A stretch of 64,000 nt of DNA from Paludibacteraceae bacterium (GCA_017451525.1 JAFTOD010000002.1:190964-254963); one strand, 5' to 3'; numbered from the stretch's first letter, positions 10,257-19,961 are shown. Numbers and translations: made by a program. Notes: generated from the letters alone by a model not told the origin.

Positions 10257-10264
10257 TACCTTTG
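10257..10264 (+). promoter_or_regulatory. -7 box (TACCTTTG) for era
   Basis: Matches TAnnTTTG, 31 nt upstream of the ATG. Confidence 0.6.
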
Positions 10265-10294
10265 CAGCAATATTTATAGTGCAATTAAAACAAT

Positions 10295-11197
10295 ATGCAT
10301 AAATCAGGATTTGTAAATATAGTAGGTAATCCCAATGTGGGTAAGTCCACATTGATGAATGTATTGGTGGGTGAGCGCCTTTCAATAATTACATCCAAAG
10401 CGCAAACCACTCGCCACCGTATCATGGGTATCGTCAATGGCGATGATTTCCAAATGGTATATAGCGACACGCCAGGTGTGCTGCAACCAAACTACAAGCT
10501 CCAAGAGCAGATGTTGGAGTTCTCGCGTTCGGCTTTGGTGGATGCGGATGTATTGCTCTATGTAACAGATGTGCAAGACAACCCCGACAAGAATGCCGAC
10601 TTCCTCGACAAGGTAAAGCGCATCAAAGCCAAAGTTTTCTTGATTATCAACAAGATAGACCTTACTACGCAAGAAACACTGGAGCAACTGGTGGAGTACT
10701 GGCACCGCGTATTGCCCGAGGCAACGGTATTCCCTATTTCGGCACAACAGAAGTTCGGCACCGACCAACTCTTCGCCGCTATCCGTGAGGCGTTGCCTGA
10801 ATGTCCGCCATTCTTCCCCAAAGATCAATTGACCGACAAGTCATCGCGCTTTTTTGTAGACGAGATGATTCGCGAGAAGATTCTGCTCAACTACGACAAA
10901 GAGATTCCTTATAGCGTAGAGGTAGAGGTAGAGTCGTTTTTGGACGAGGAACCCGATGAGCAACACCCCGAGGGCATGATTCGCATTGGTGCAGTCATTT
11001 TTGTGGAGCGTGATAGCCAAAAGGGAATTATCATTGGTAAAGGTGGCAAAGCGCTGAAGCGTGTGGGTACGCAAGCGAGAAAAGAGATTGAGGCCTTCTT
11101 TGGCAAACCCGTGTTCTTGCAACTATTCGTTAAAGTCGATAAAGACTGGCGTAGTTCGCAAACTCGCTTGCGCCACTACGGTTACGACTTGAATTAA
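10295..11197 (+). CDS. era: GTPase Era
   Basis: G1 motif GNPNVGKSTL, G3 motif DTPG, NKID, and a C-terminal KH domain (GKGGKALKRVG). Confidence 0.95.
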   Translation: MHKSGFVNIVGNPNVGKSTLMNVLVGERLSIITSKAQTTRHRIMGIVNGDDFQMVYSDTPGVLQPNYKLQEQMLEFSRSALVDADVLLYVTDVQDNPDKNADFLDKVKRIKAKVFLIINKIDLTTQETLEQLVEYWHRVLPEATVFPISAQQKFGTDQLFAAIREALPECPPFFPKDQLTDKSSRFFVDEMIREKILLNYDKEIPYSVEVEVESFLDEEPDEQHPEGMIRIGAVIFVERDSQKGIIIGKGGKALKRVGTQARKEIEAFFGKPVFLQLFVKVDKDWRSSQTRLRHYGYDLN

Positions 11198-11268
11198 ATT
11201 AGGGTGAGGGTAAATGAAATATATTCAAAAAAAAGTATATTTTTCTTGCATATATAAAAAAAAAGTGT

Positions 11269-11276
11269 TACCTTTG
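11269..11276 (+). promoter_or_regulatory. -7 box (TACCTTTG) for the small-protein/porin pair
   Basis: Matches TAnnTTTG, with TTCTTGC upstream. Confidence 0.55.
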
Positions 11277-11345
11277 CGCTCGAAATACAAATAAAGAAAA
11301 CAAATTTCAATTAAATATTATTAACTATATTAAAAATTAGTTACT

Positions 11346-11588
11346 ATGATTCGCACAACATTCAACCAATTGAGAGAAGTGAAGGATAGCCTTCCAAAGG
11401 GTAGTTCAGCTGTAATAGCTGAGGAGTTAGGTATTGCAGCTGATGATGTAAGAGCTTTCTTTAATGGAACAGCAACTGCTGGTTATCATATTGAGCAAGG
11501 TCCTGATGGAGGTATTGTAGTATTGGAAGATACAAAAATATTGGATGTCGCTCTTCGTCTTGCTTGGGCTACTAAACATGCTCTGTAA
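11346..11588 (+). CDS. Hypothetical small protein (possible helix-turn-helix fold)
   Basis: 80-aa ORF. The segment SSAVIAEELGIAADDVRAFFNG looks HTH-like. It lies 21 nt upstream of the next gene. Confidence 0.45.
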   Translation: MIRTTFNQLREVKDSLPKGSSAVIAEELGIAADDVRAFFNGTATAGYHIEQGPDGGIVVLEDTKILDVALRLAWATKHAL

Positions 11589-11609
11589 GAGGTGCGCTTT
11601 TGTATAGAA

Positions 11610-12476
11610 ATGAATAAAAAAATCTTAGTTTTAGCACTAGCGCTGATAGGCGTTGGTGCTTTTTCGTATCAAGCGAAAGCGGAAGAGGCTTCAAAAGGTC
11701 TTTCGTTGGAAGTCGGGGCTGATGTAGTAAGTAGCTATTTGTGGCGTGGACAACATTTAGGAGGACTATCGGTGCAGCCCTCTGTAACGTTAGATTGGAA
11801 TGGCTTGTATGTTTGTGGTTGGGCCAATATCGGTGCTGACAACTGGAAATTTCAAGAATTCAATCCTGAATTGGACATTACTATTGGTTATGATAACTAT
11901 GGATTTATGTTAGATCTGACTCATCTTTATTATTTCTATGGTGATAAGTATTTCAAAGGTTTGACTGATGCTAATAACCTATGGGGTAGTTCTACAATGG
12001 AGTTGCACGCTGGTATCAATATCGGTGAATGGGCGGAGAAATGTCCTCTGACCATTGATTGGTACACTACCATACTGGGTTATGATCCGATATTTAATAG
12101 TGAGGGCGAGATAGAGACAAACGTAAATGGTAATGCTAAACGTGCATATTCTACCTATATTCAGGTTGGCTATGATATATTCCTACCACTGGATATTGTG
12201 TTGGGCTTGAAGGTGGGTTTCACTCCATGGAATGGTATGTATACCAATTATGAAGAAGTCTGGACTAATGGACGTACCGTTGGCTTCAACAATTTGCAAT
12301 TGAGAGCTGAACGTGAATTTGAATTGGGCAAGTTGTATATTAATGTGTGGGGCGAAGCTATGTTCAATTGCTATGGTGTAACGCGAGATAATATTATCCT
12401 GCCTGTAGGCGAAGCTGTAGATCAAAAACTCAATGGTTGCATAGGTGTAGGCATTTATTTTTGCGATGAATGGTAA
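11610..12476 (+). CDS. Putative outer-membrane beta-barrel protein (TorF/Gcw_chp-like)
   Basis: Signal peptide MNKKILVLALALIGVGAFSYQAKA. It has alternating aromatic beta-strand patterning and VVSSYLWRGQ...VQPSVTLDW, which resembles the Gcw_chp N-terminal motif. It ends in an aromatic residue (W). Confidence 0.55.
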   Translation: MNKKILVLALALIGVGAFSYQAKAEEASKGLSLEVGADVVSSYLWRGQHLGGLSVQPSVTLDWNGLYVCGWANIGADNWKFQEFNPELDITIGYDNYGFMLDLTHLYYFYGDKYFKGLTDANNLWGSSTMELHAGINIGEWAEKCPLTIDWYTTILGYDPIFNSEGEIETNVNGNAKRAYSTYIQVGYDIFLPLDIVLGLKVGFTPWNGMYTNYEEVWTNGRTVGFNNLQLRAEREFELGKLYINVWGEAMFNCYGVTRDNIILPVGEAVDQKLNGCIGVGIYFCDEW

Positions 12477-12518
12477 GCCATTTACAAACAATATCCTATA
12501 TAGTTGATTATTACTACT

Positions 12519-13532
12519 ATGAAGAAATGGATCGCTTTGGGATTAGCAATAATAGCAGCAGTTTTGCTGCTATTATTGCCTAACGAACCCAATAAACAAT
12601 ATTTTCATCACCAAGGTAATATCTTTGGTACTTATTATAATATCCGCTACGAGGGTAGTGAGGATTATCATCAGCTTATCATGCAACGTTTGGAAGAGTT
12701 TGATGCTTCGCTGAGTATGTTCAATCCTCAATCTGTAATTAGCCATGTTAATAGCAATGCCAACCTGCGAGTAGATTCGCTTTTTGAGAGAATGTATCAT
12801 GAGGCTCATGCTATTAGTCAGTTGTCCAATGGGGCTTTTGATATAACTGTGGCACCGCTGGTACATGCATGGGGATTTGGTAAAAAGAATCAAGAGCCAA
12901 AAATGAAGAGCCATGAAATCAATATAGATAGTATCAAATCATTGGTAGGTTATGATAAGATTTCGCTTATTGATCATCATATCGTAAAGCAAGATTCTCG
13001 TATCACACTGGATGCCAGTGCTATAGCTAAAGGTTATGCATGTGATGTGATAGCAGAGTTACTACGCGAAAATGGATGTGAAAATCTATTGGTGGATATT
13101 GGCGGAGAGGTCGTTTTGCAAGGAGTAAATGATAAAGCACGTCCTTGGCGTGTGGGTATATCTCGCCCGACTATAGATGCTATGGGAGTGGAAAATGAAT
13201 TGCAAGAGATCATTGAGAGCCAACAACTATGTATGGCAACTTCGGGTAATTATTTGCAATACTATTTCGTAGATGGTGAACGTCGTAGTCATACCATTGA
13301 TCCTCGCTCTGGATACCCTGTTCATCATTCGCTATTAAGTGCCACCGTAGTTGCCAGCAGCGGTATGCGTGCAGATGCTTTAGCTACAGCTTGTATGGTC
13401 TTGGGCGAACAAGAAGCACTGAAGTTGATTCAGCAAACAGAAGACGCTGCATGCTATCTAATCATAGCAGCAGGTAATTCTATACGGATAAGTTTATCAG
13501 ATAATTGGAATTATTGTAGTTTGCCTCTGTAG
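12519..13532 (+). CDS. apbE: FAD:protein FMN transferase (ApbE family)
   Basis: Motifs FDITVAPL, AIAKGYA, ATSGNY and HTIDPRSGYP, which are typical of ApbE. Confidence 0.88.
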   Translation: MKKWIALGLAIIAAVLLLLLPNEPNKQYFHHQGNIFGTYYNIRYEGSEDYHQLIMQRLEEFDASLSMFNPQSVISHVNSNANLRVDSLFERMYHEAHAISQLSNGAFDITVAPLVHAWGFGKKNQEPKMKSHEINIDSIKSLVGYDKISLIDHHIVKQDSRITLDASAIAKGYACDVIAELLRENGCENLLVDIGGEVVLQGVNDKARPWRVGISRPTIDAMGVENELQEIIESQQLCMATSGNYLQYYFVDGERRSHTIDPRSGYPVHHSLLSATVVASSGMRADALATACMVLGEQEALKLIQQTEDAACYLIIAAGNSIRISLSDNWNYCSLPL

Positions 13533-14710
13533 TCGGCCACTACTGTAGCAAATGTATCTCTATATTGAGCGGGTATTGGCTCTGCAGGAGGAGATTGCAT
13601 TTTCAGAGGATCAATAGGAGAACCATTCTTCCATACTCGGAAATCCAAGTGAGGACCTGTGCTGGCGCCAGAACTACCTACATATCCGATTATTTCTCCT
13701 TGGCGAACGTGCTTTCCTACAGCTAACCCTTTGGCATATTTCGAAAGATGCAGATAGGCAGTTGTGTAGGTAGAGTTATGGCGAATCTTTACAGTATGTC
13801 CGCCACCACCCTTATATTGTTTCATAGTCACGACACCATCTCCAATGCTTACTACTGGGGTACCAGCAGGTGCCGCGTAATCCACACCAGTATGTGGCCT
13901 AACAACCTTATAAATAGGATGCTTGCGTGCATACGTGAATTTTGAAGATATACGTTTGTAGTTCAAAGGAGCCTTCAAAAATGCTTTACGCAAGCTATTG
14001 CCTTCTGCATCGAAATAGTTGTGTATTTGACCTTCTTCAAACCAGAATGCTTCTTGCCATATGCGAGCATGATAGAAATTAGCCGCATAGATACGCCCAA
14101 TACCAATACGCACACTATCTACATATTGCTCGTCGTAGTACACACGAATGGAGTCGCCCTTTTGCAAACCAAAGAAATCAATGGTCCATGCATAGATATC
14201 GCTTAATTCCAGCGCTAACTCTGCGGGTAGATCATTGCTAACCATAGCATTCCATAGGCTTGATTCAATTACTACTTCTGCCGAACGAGGTTGATGCGTA
14301 ATGGGTTTCTCAAAGCGTTCTACGTGCATAGAATCAGTCAAATGCAATACAATTGCTTCTCGGATGCTGGGTTTATAAATATAATAGCATAATTGTTCTA
14401 CTCCTGCTGTATCTTTCTGGAAGAAAGCATAATATGTTTTACCAGGACGAATGCTACGTACATCAAATTCGGTGCGTGGCATAAGCGTTATGCCATTGAT
14501 TTGTTGGCGAGTGGCTCCTAAACGATTGAGCATGCCTCCAAGTGTTTCACCGTCCTTTACTACGCAAGTATCAATACGAAACGAATCAATGGGTAGTCCA
14601 TATTCGTAACGAACAACAGGCTCTTGAGTTCGTTGCCCATTGGTGTTGGTTTTAGCGCATGATGCAAAGATTACTGCTAATACGCTCAATATGTATATAT
14701 ACTTCTTCAA
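13511..14710 (-). CDS. M23-family metallopeptidase (intact LytM catalytic motifs), lipoprotein
   Basis: Lipobox LAVIFASC. Catalytic motifs HTGVDYAAP and GPHLDFRVW are present. Confidence 0.9.
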   Translation of the reverse strand: MKKYIYILSVLAVIFASCAKTNTNGQRTQEPVVRYEYGLPIDSFRIDTCVVKDGETLGGMLNRLGATRQQINGITLMPRTEFDVRSIRPGKTYYAFFQKDTAGVEQLCYYIYKPSIREAIVLHLTDSMHVERFEKPITHQPRSAEVVIESSLWNAMVSNDLPAELALELSDIYAWTIDFFGLQKGDSIRVYYDEQYVDSVRIGIGRIYAANFYHARIWQEAFWFEEGQIHNYFDAEGNSLRKAFLKAPLNYKRISSKFTYARKHPIYKVVRPHTGVDYAAPAGTPVVSIGDGVVTMKQYKGGGGHTVKIRHNSTYTTAYLHLSKYAKGLAVGKHVRQGEIIGYVGSSGASTGPHLDFRVWKNGSPIDPLKMQSPPAEPIPAQYRDTFATVVADYRGKLQ

Positions 14711-14737
14711 ACCTTTAAGTACTAAACTTGAAAAATA

Positions 14738-15478
14738 TTATGCATTCTTTTTAGGGTATTTGCGTACCCATGAATTCAATTTGAGCTTTATTACACCGAG
14801 CAATGCTTCAGAGAAAATACCTCCAGACATCTTGCTGGTACCTAAGACACGGTTGACAAAGATGATAGGTACTTCTTGAATCTTAAAGCCGCATTTGTAT
14901 GAGGTAAATTTCATTTCGATTTGGAATGCATATCCTTTGAAACGAATTTTGTCTAACTCGATGGTTTCCAATACCTCACGACGATAGCATACGAACCCCG
15001 CAGTGGTATCATGTACTTGCATGCCCAATACAAAACGTACGTATTTACTAGCAAAATAGGACATCAATACGCGTCCCATTGGCCAGTTTACCACGTTCAC
15101 ACCACTTACGTAACGGCTGCCAATCGCCACATCTGCCCCTTGGTTGGCACATGCATCGTAGAGTTTGAGCAAGTCGTTTGGGTTGTGCGAGAAGTCTGCG
15201 TCCATCTCGAAGATATAATCGTATTGGTGCTCAATTGCCCACTTGAAACCAGCGATATAAGCTGTACCTAACCCGAGTTTACCTGCGCGCTCTACTAAAT
15301 GCAGTTTGCCTGCAAATGTGTTTGCCATCAAATCTTTGACAATAGCTGCTGTGCCGTCAGGTGAGCCATCATCAATAACCAAGACGTGATATTCTATAGG
15401 CAACTCCATCACAGCAGTGATGATAGCTTCGATATTTTCCTTCTCGTTGTAAGTAGGGATGATTACTAGATTTTTCAT
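14738..15478 (-). CDS. GT2 polyprenol/dolichol-phosphate mannosyltransferase-like glycosyltransferase
   Basis: MKNLVIIPTYNEKENI, VIDDGSPDGT and DADFSH are typical Dpm1-like GT2 motifs. Confidence 0.85.
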   Translation of the reverse strand: MKNLVIIPTYNEKENIEAIITAVMELPIEYHVLVIDDGSPDGTAAIVKDLMANTFAGKLHLVERAGKLGLGTAYIAGFKWAIEHQYDYIFEMDADFSHNPNDLLKLYDACANQGADVAIGSRYVSGVNVVNWPMGRVLMSYFASKYVRFVLGMQVHDTTAGFVCYRREVLETIELDKIRFKGYAFQIEMKFTSYKCGFKIQEVPIIFVNRVLGTSKMSGGIFSEALLGVIKLKLNSWVRKYPKKNA

Positions 15479-15484
15479 ATTTTG

Positions 15485-16312
15485 TTAGCGTATAATATTC
15501 TCGTTAAGTGTATAAACAATACTTGCTTTGGTGCGTTCTAATGGTGTCACAAACAAATCTTCCCCAGGCATGATACCTTCCTCTAGCAGCATGTCTTTGA
15601 TAGTGTTGAGTGCGATATCAGGGTCGTTGTTTTCGTTGCTTAAGTGACAAAGAAATACGTTGCGCATTTCTGTATGCCAGTTTTTAGCCAATAGTTGTCC
15701 ACAAGTTACGTTGCTTTGGTGTCCTTTAGGCGATAGGATGCGCTCCTTCAAATAGGTAGGGTATGGACCGTTAAGCAATAACTGCTCATCATGATTAGCC
15801 TCTATGACGATGTGATTAGCGGTCGCTAAATACATTTCCATGGTAGCATTAGGCTGTCCGCAGTCCGTAGCAATTAAGAAACGTTGTCCCAGATAATCAA
15901 TCACATATCCCACACATTCGGTAGAGTCATGTGAGATGCCAAAGGTGTTAATCTTCATTCCGTTTAACTCCCATTCTACACCTTTTTCGAAATAACGCTG
16001 CGATGTGCGTAGTTTCTCACGCACACCATAATTGCGATCAATGCCGTCATGAATGGCGCGGGTGGAGTAGATGGGTAGGTGAACACGCTCTCCTAATGTA
16101 CCTACGGCACGGATATGGTCGGCATGGTCATGCGTAATCAGTACACCCATAATGTTAGCATAATCCAACCCCATCTCACGTAGATTCTTCTGAATCGTGC
16201 GTGCCGAAATGCCAGCGTCAATCAAGATACCCCATTGATGGGTACCAAGATAGTAGCAGTTGCCACTACTTCCACTGGCAAAACTTCTGAATATGAGTTG
16301 GTTATCTGTCAT
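15485..16312 (-). CDS. MBL-fold metallo-hydrolase
   Basis: HxHxDH motif (LITHDHADHIRAVG). Confidence 0.85.
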   Translation of the reverse strand: MTDNQLIFRSFASGSSGNCYYLGTHQWGILIDAGISARTIQKNLREMGLDYANIMGVLITHDHADHIRAVGTLGERVHLPIYSTRAIHDGIDRNYGVREKLRTSQRYFEKGVEWELNGMKINTFGISHDSTECVGYVIDYLGQRFLIATDCGQPNATMEMYLATANHIVIEANHDEQLLLNGPYPTYLKERILSPKGHQSNVTCGQLLAKNWHTEMRNVFLCHLSNENNDPDIALNTIKDMLLEEGIMPGEDLFVTPLERTKASIVYTLNENIIR

Positions 16313-16351
16313 TTATGAAATGATTATTCCAAATTATACCAATTTGACCTG

Positions 16352-16359
16352 CAAAGGTA
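16352..16359 (-). promoter_or_regulatory. -7 box (TACCTTTG on the minus strand) for the MBL-hydrolase/GT2/M23 gene string
   Basis: Reverse complement of CAAAGGTA, 40 nt upstream of the start at 16312. Confidence 0.55.
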
Positions 16360-16487
16360 CAAAAAAAAAAGTACAAATGCAAGAAAATTGACTAAAACTT
16401 TATCTTCGATGCAATTTTCTTCCAATTTTTGATTGTCACTCTTACATTTGCATATAGATGAATTTTATTTTACAATGGTGCTGTACT

Positions 16488-16521
16488 AAAAAAAACTACG
16501 AGATTGCGCGCAATCTCGTAG
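16488..16521 (-). terminator. Intrinsic terminator after the GH13 pair (minus strand)
   Basis: On the minus strand, CTACGAGATTGCGCGCAATCTCGTAG is followed by T8. Confidence 0.8.
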
Positions 16522-16555
16522 CTGAAATTTATAATCGCAGTATATTGCGACTGGT

Positions 16556-17905
16556 TTACTTGCTCAAGATGATGTATTTCCAAGGAGTGAGTTCGAAGGT
16601 TTGAGTGGCTTCGAGATTCATGGTCTTGCCGCAGAGGCAGTTGTATTCTCCTGTTAGGTTAGTGAGGTCGAGAGTTACAGTTTGTGGCTCTGCGGACATA
16701 TTCATGATAGCAATCACGGTGTTATCGCCATGTTTTGGGCACTCTTTTGTGCGCACGCAAGCGAACACTTTGTCATTGTCTGCTGAGAGGCGAACCATCT
16801 CTGCACCCTTCTCGTTGCTCCACAATGCACGGTTAGCAGCACGCAAGTCGTTGAGACCCTTGTATAATGCCTTTTGTGGTGCGTTCTCTACGCGATCAAT
16901 CACGTCCTTCTCGAAGAACTCAAGACGATGATGGTTGCCGCTCATTTGACCAGTATAAATCATTGGCATACCTGGCACCACGTATGTGAATGCAGCAAAG
17001 AGGTCAGTAGCATCGCCCATGCGCTCAAACTCGGTACCGTTCCATGAGTTCTCGTCGTGGTTAGAAGTGAAGTTCATGCGGATTGCCTCTTTGCGGATAG
17101 TGGTGTCCACCTTAGCAAAATAACCCCACAAGTCTTCTACCGTCTTTTTGCCTTGTGCCACGCCGTTCATGAGGTGGTGGAGCTCCCAACCATAGTACAT
17201 ATCGAATGCGCTCTCGGTGAGGTCTTGTGCCTCTGCTTCGTCTTCTGCGAGGGTGAACATATCAGGGTGCTTAGCGCGGATTTCAGCCATCGCTTCGTTC
17301 CAGAAATCGGTAGGAACTTCGCCTGCAACGTCGCAACGGAAGCCATCGATGCCGATGGTATCCATCCACCAGTGCATTGCTTTCTTCATCTCAGCGCGCA
17401 TGTCTTGGTTGTCGTAGTTGAGTTTTGAGATGTCTGTCCAGTCGTATTGAACCATGAGGTTGCCGAGGCTATCGCGGTAGTGCCAGCCATCGTTTTTGGT
17501 CCACTCGCTATCAGGAGCAGTATGGTTAGCTACCCAGTCGAGGATAACTTTCATACCCAGTTCGTGTGCCTTTGCGAGGAAGTGTTCAAAATCGGCGCGT
17601 GTACCGAACTCAGGGTTAAATTCGCAGTAGTCGGTGATAGCATAGTAACTACCCAATGTGCCTTTGCGCTCAAGCACGCCAATCTTTTGAATTGGCATAA
17701 TCCAGATGATATCCACGCCACTTTCTTTCAGTTCAGGAAGGAGTGCCTCAGCTGCTGCGAAAGTACCTTCTGGAGTAGCTTGACGGGTGTTGAGCTCGTA
17801 AATAGTAGCATCGTATGCCCAGCATGTGTGTCGAGCATCGCATGGTTGTTTTGCACAGGAGATCATAGCCAATGCTCCGAGTGCGAGAATCAAGATTTTT
17901 TTCAT
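16556..17905 (-). CDS. GH13 alpha-amylase, periplasmic lipoprotein
   Basis: Lipobox ALAMISC. GH13 regions are DWVANH, GFRCDVA, TLAEDE and FTSNHD. Confidence 0.9.
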   Translation of the reverse strand: MKKILILALGALAMISCAKQPCDARHTCWAYDATIYELNTRQATPEGTFAAAEALLPELKESGVDIIWIMPIQKIGVLERKGTLGSYYAITDYCEFNPEFGTRADFEHFLAKAHELGMKVILDWVANHTAPDSEWTKNDGWHYRDSLGNLMVQYDWTDISKLNYDNQDMRAEMKKAMHWWMDTIGIDGFRCDVAGEVPTDFWNEAMAEIRAKHPDMFTLAEDEAEAQDLTESAFDMYYGWELHHLMNGVAQGKKTVEDLWGYFAKVDTTIRKEAIRMNFTSNHDENSWNGTEFERMGDATDLFAAFTYVVPGMPMIYTGQMSGNHHRLEFFEKDVIDRVENAPQKALYKGLNDLRAANRALWSNEKGAEMVRLSADNDKVFACVRTKECPKHGDNTVIAIMNMSAEPQTVTLDLTNLTGEYNCLCGKTMNLEATQTFELTPWKYIILSK

Positions 17906-17927
17906 TGTTTTGTTTGTTTATAAATGA

Positions 17928-19961
17928 TTAGTTGATTGAATATGCCAGGTTAGCTAAATCGATGCTTACGCGTACAGTCTCGCCCATGTATGTGCGGTCG
18001 AATACCCAGAGGGTATCTGTCACATTCACAGGGATATACTCGCCGTATATGAGTGGGAGAGAGTTACGACGCATTTGTACGAGTTGTTGTACTTCGTTGC
18101 GGAATTGTTGTTGACGTTCTGTTAGACCATTGAATTTCATCATATGGCGGTTGTCTGGGTCATTGGCACCTGCCTCGCCATATTCATCTCCTTGATAGAT
18201 ACATGGCACACCGGGAATAGTCAGATTGATTACCTCCAACAACATCGCAGCCTTGTAAGCTTGTTCTTCTTTAGCGGCATCGCCATCGGCTGTTACGCCG
18301 ATTTCGCGCTCCCAACCAGCAGCTTTGTCGTTCTCATCCCAACGTACAGCACCACCAGCGAGCGAGATGAAGCGGCACTTGTCGTGGTTGCCAGAGATGT
18401 TACCCATGGTGTGGTGTGAGCCATAAGCTGCCAGTGACTCCATTACCGTATTATGCATACGCTCGAGTGATTGATTTGGTTTGCCTAACACGTCAATAGC
18501 GGTGTGGTAGATATTGAAGTCGAATTGCGAGTTGAGCATACCGCTCTTGACGTATGAGCCAATCAACGATGGATCGCCATACGTCTCGCCAATCATCCAG
18601 ATATGGCGATTTGGATAGCGTTGCTTCATTTTTGCGCCGAGTTCGCGCCAGTAGTTCAGTGGAATATGCTTGCAAGCGTCGTGGCGGAAGCCGTCGAATG
18701 CGAATTTCTCAAGCCATACCAGTGCAGAGTCGGTCATTGGTGAGCATACTTCTGGACGCTCAAGGTCAAGCGTAGGGATATGGACGTCAAACCAAGTAGT
18801 GAGGCGAGCTTCATCCCACAACTCGAAGTTGCGACGTCCGTCAGGCAGGATACTGTCAGTGTGCCAATTAGGGTGCTCTTTGAGTGTCGGTGAGTTGATA
18901 TGCATATGGTTAGCTACGTAGTCAAGAATGACGTTCAATCCGTGTTCGTGTGCTACTGCCAACATCTCATGCAATTCCTCTTCGGTTGTGAAGCGTTTTT
19001 CTACTTCGGTAGTGTAGATTGGCCAATAGCCGTGGTAGCCAGAGAACTTGGTGTATTTCTTGGTATTATCGTATTTGTTGCCGTTCGCAAATGGGTAATA
19101 TCCCCACGCATCCCAAGGGTTTTGGGTGATAGGAGAAATCCAAATAGTGCTTATTCCGAGTTCGTTGAAGAAGCCGTCTTTGATTTTTTGTGTGATACCT
19201 GCGATATCACCGCCTTGGTAGTCCACGATGTCAAGTACTTCTGGGCTGTTCATTTTCCAGTCGTTGGCTTTGTTGCCATTGTGGAAGCGGTCAATCATGA
19301 GTGAGTAGAGTACTTGTGCTTGGTCGTCGTGACGAGTCAATTGAGCCACGTCGTTCACTACTTTGCCGTTTTCCAGTGGGATGAGCAAGTCGTTGAGGCG
19401 TTTGCCATCACCCAAGGCATACACGCGAATAAAACTGCGTCCTTGACTTTCGCGCCAAGCTTTCTCGATGGTGATGGTAGCTTCTGGGTCGTATTGACCG
19501 TAGTTAACATACTCTGTAGCACGAGTGTCTTGCCAGAGCACGCGGAATTGCAGGTGTTCATAATCATTCAATACACCAATAGTGATGGTGGAGTCGGTAA
19601 ATGATTTGGTTACTAATCCTACTTCGTAATTGGACTGAGGAAAGATTGGAATATCGTATGTGATACCTGTGGTCAAGTCTTTTGCGCTCAAGATTGATAG
19701 TGTGTGATCGCCTGCGAGTGTCAGCAAACCGTTCTCTACTTTCAGCACTTCATAACTGGGTTCAGTAGTAAACACTACGCTATCCCAACACTTGATTTGT
19801 GGCAGGTAGTCTGTCAAATGAATTACATCACCATTGTCTGCACCGCAGTACGTGATAGGCATAATGGGATTTTGTGTGTTAGCATTGCGATCGTCGCACG
19901 TGCTGTTGCAGCAAGCCATCAGGCTACTTGCAACAAAAATGGATAATAGAATTTTTTTCAT
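17928..19961 (-). CDS. GH13-family glycoside hydrolase (alpha-amylase/neopullulanase-like) with an N-terminal accessory domain
   Basis: Lipobox SSLMAC. GH13 regions are DYVANH, GFRHDACKH, MIGETYG and GNHDKCRF. The N-terminal extension is about 200 aa. Confidence 0.88.
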   Translation of the reverse strand: MKKILLSIFVASSLMACCNSTCDDRNANTQNPIMPITYCGADNGDVIHLTDYLPQIKCWDSVVFTTEPSYEVLKVENGLLTLAGDHTLSILSAKDLTTGITYDIPIFPQSNYEVGLVTKSFTDSTITIGVLNDYEHLQFRVLWQDTRATEYVNYGQYDPEATITIEKAWRESQGRSFIRVYALGDGKRLNDLLIPLENGKVVNDVAQLTRHDDQAQVLYSLMIDRFHNGNKANDWKMNSPEVLDIVDYQGGDIAGITQKIKDGFFNELGISTIWISPITQNPWDAWGYYPFANGNKYDNTKKYTKFSGYHGYWPIYTTEVEKRFTTEEELHEMLAVAHEHGLNVILDYVANHMHINSPTLKEHPNWHTDSILPDGRRNFELWDEARLTTWFDVHIPTLDLERPEVCSPMTDSALVWLEKFAFDGFRHDACKHIPLNYWRELGAKMKQRYPNRHIWMIGETYGDPSLIGSYVKSGMLNSQFDFNIYHTAIDVLGKPNQSLERMHNTVMESLAAYGSHHTMGNISGNHDKCRFISLAGGAVRWDENDKAAGWEREIGVTADGDAAKEEQAYKAAMLLEVINLTIPGVPCIYQGDEYGEAGANDPDNRHMMKFNGLTERQQQFRNEVQQLVQMRRNSLPLIYGEYIPVNVTDTLWVFDRTYMGETVRVSIDLANLAYSIN

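Noticed and set aside
6969-10290. Calling the AT-rich island a mobile element
   Set aside because: It has no integrase, transposase, tRNA target or terminal inverted repeats, and no clear target-site duplication. Only the composition and the unknown functions are atypical, so I report it as a finding and not as a mobile_element feature.
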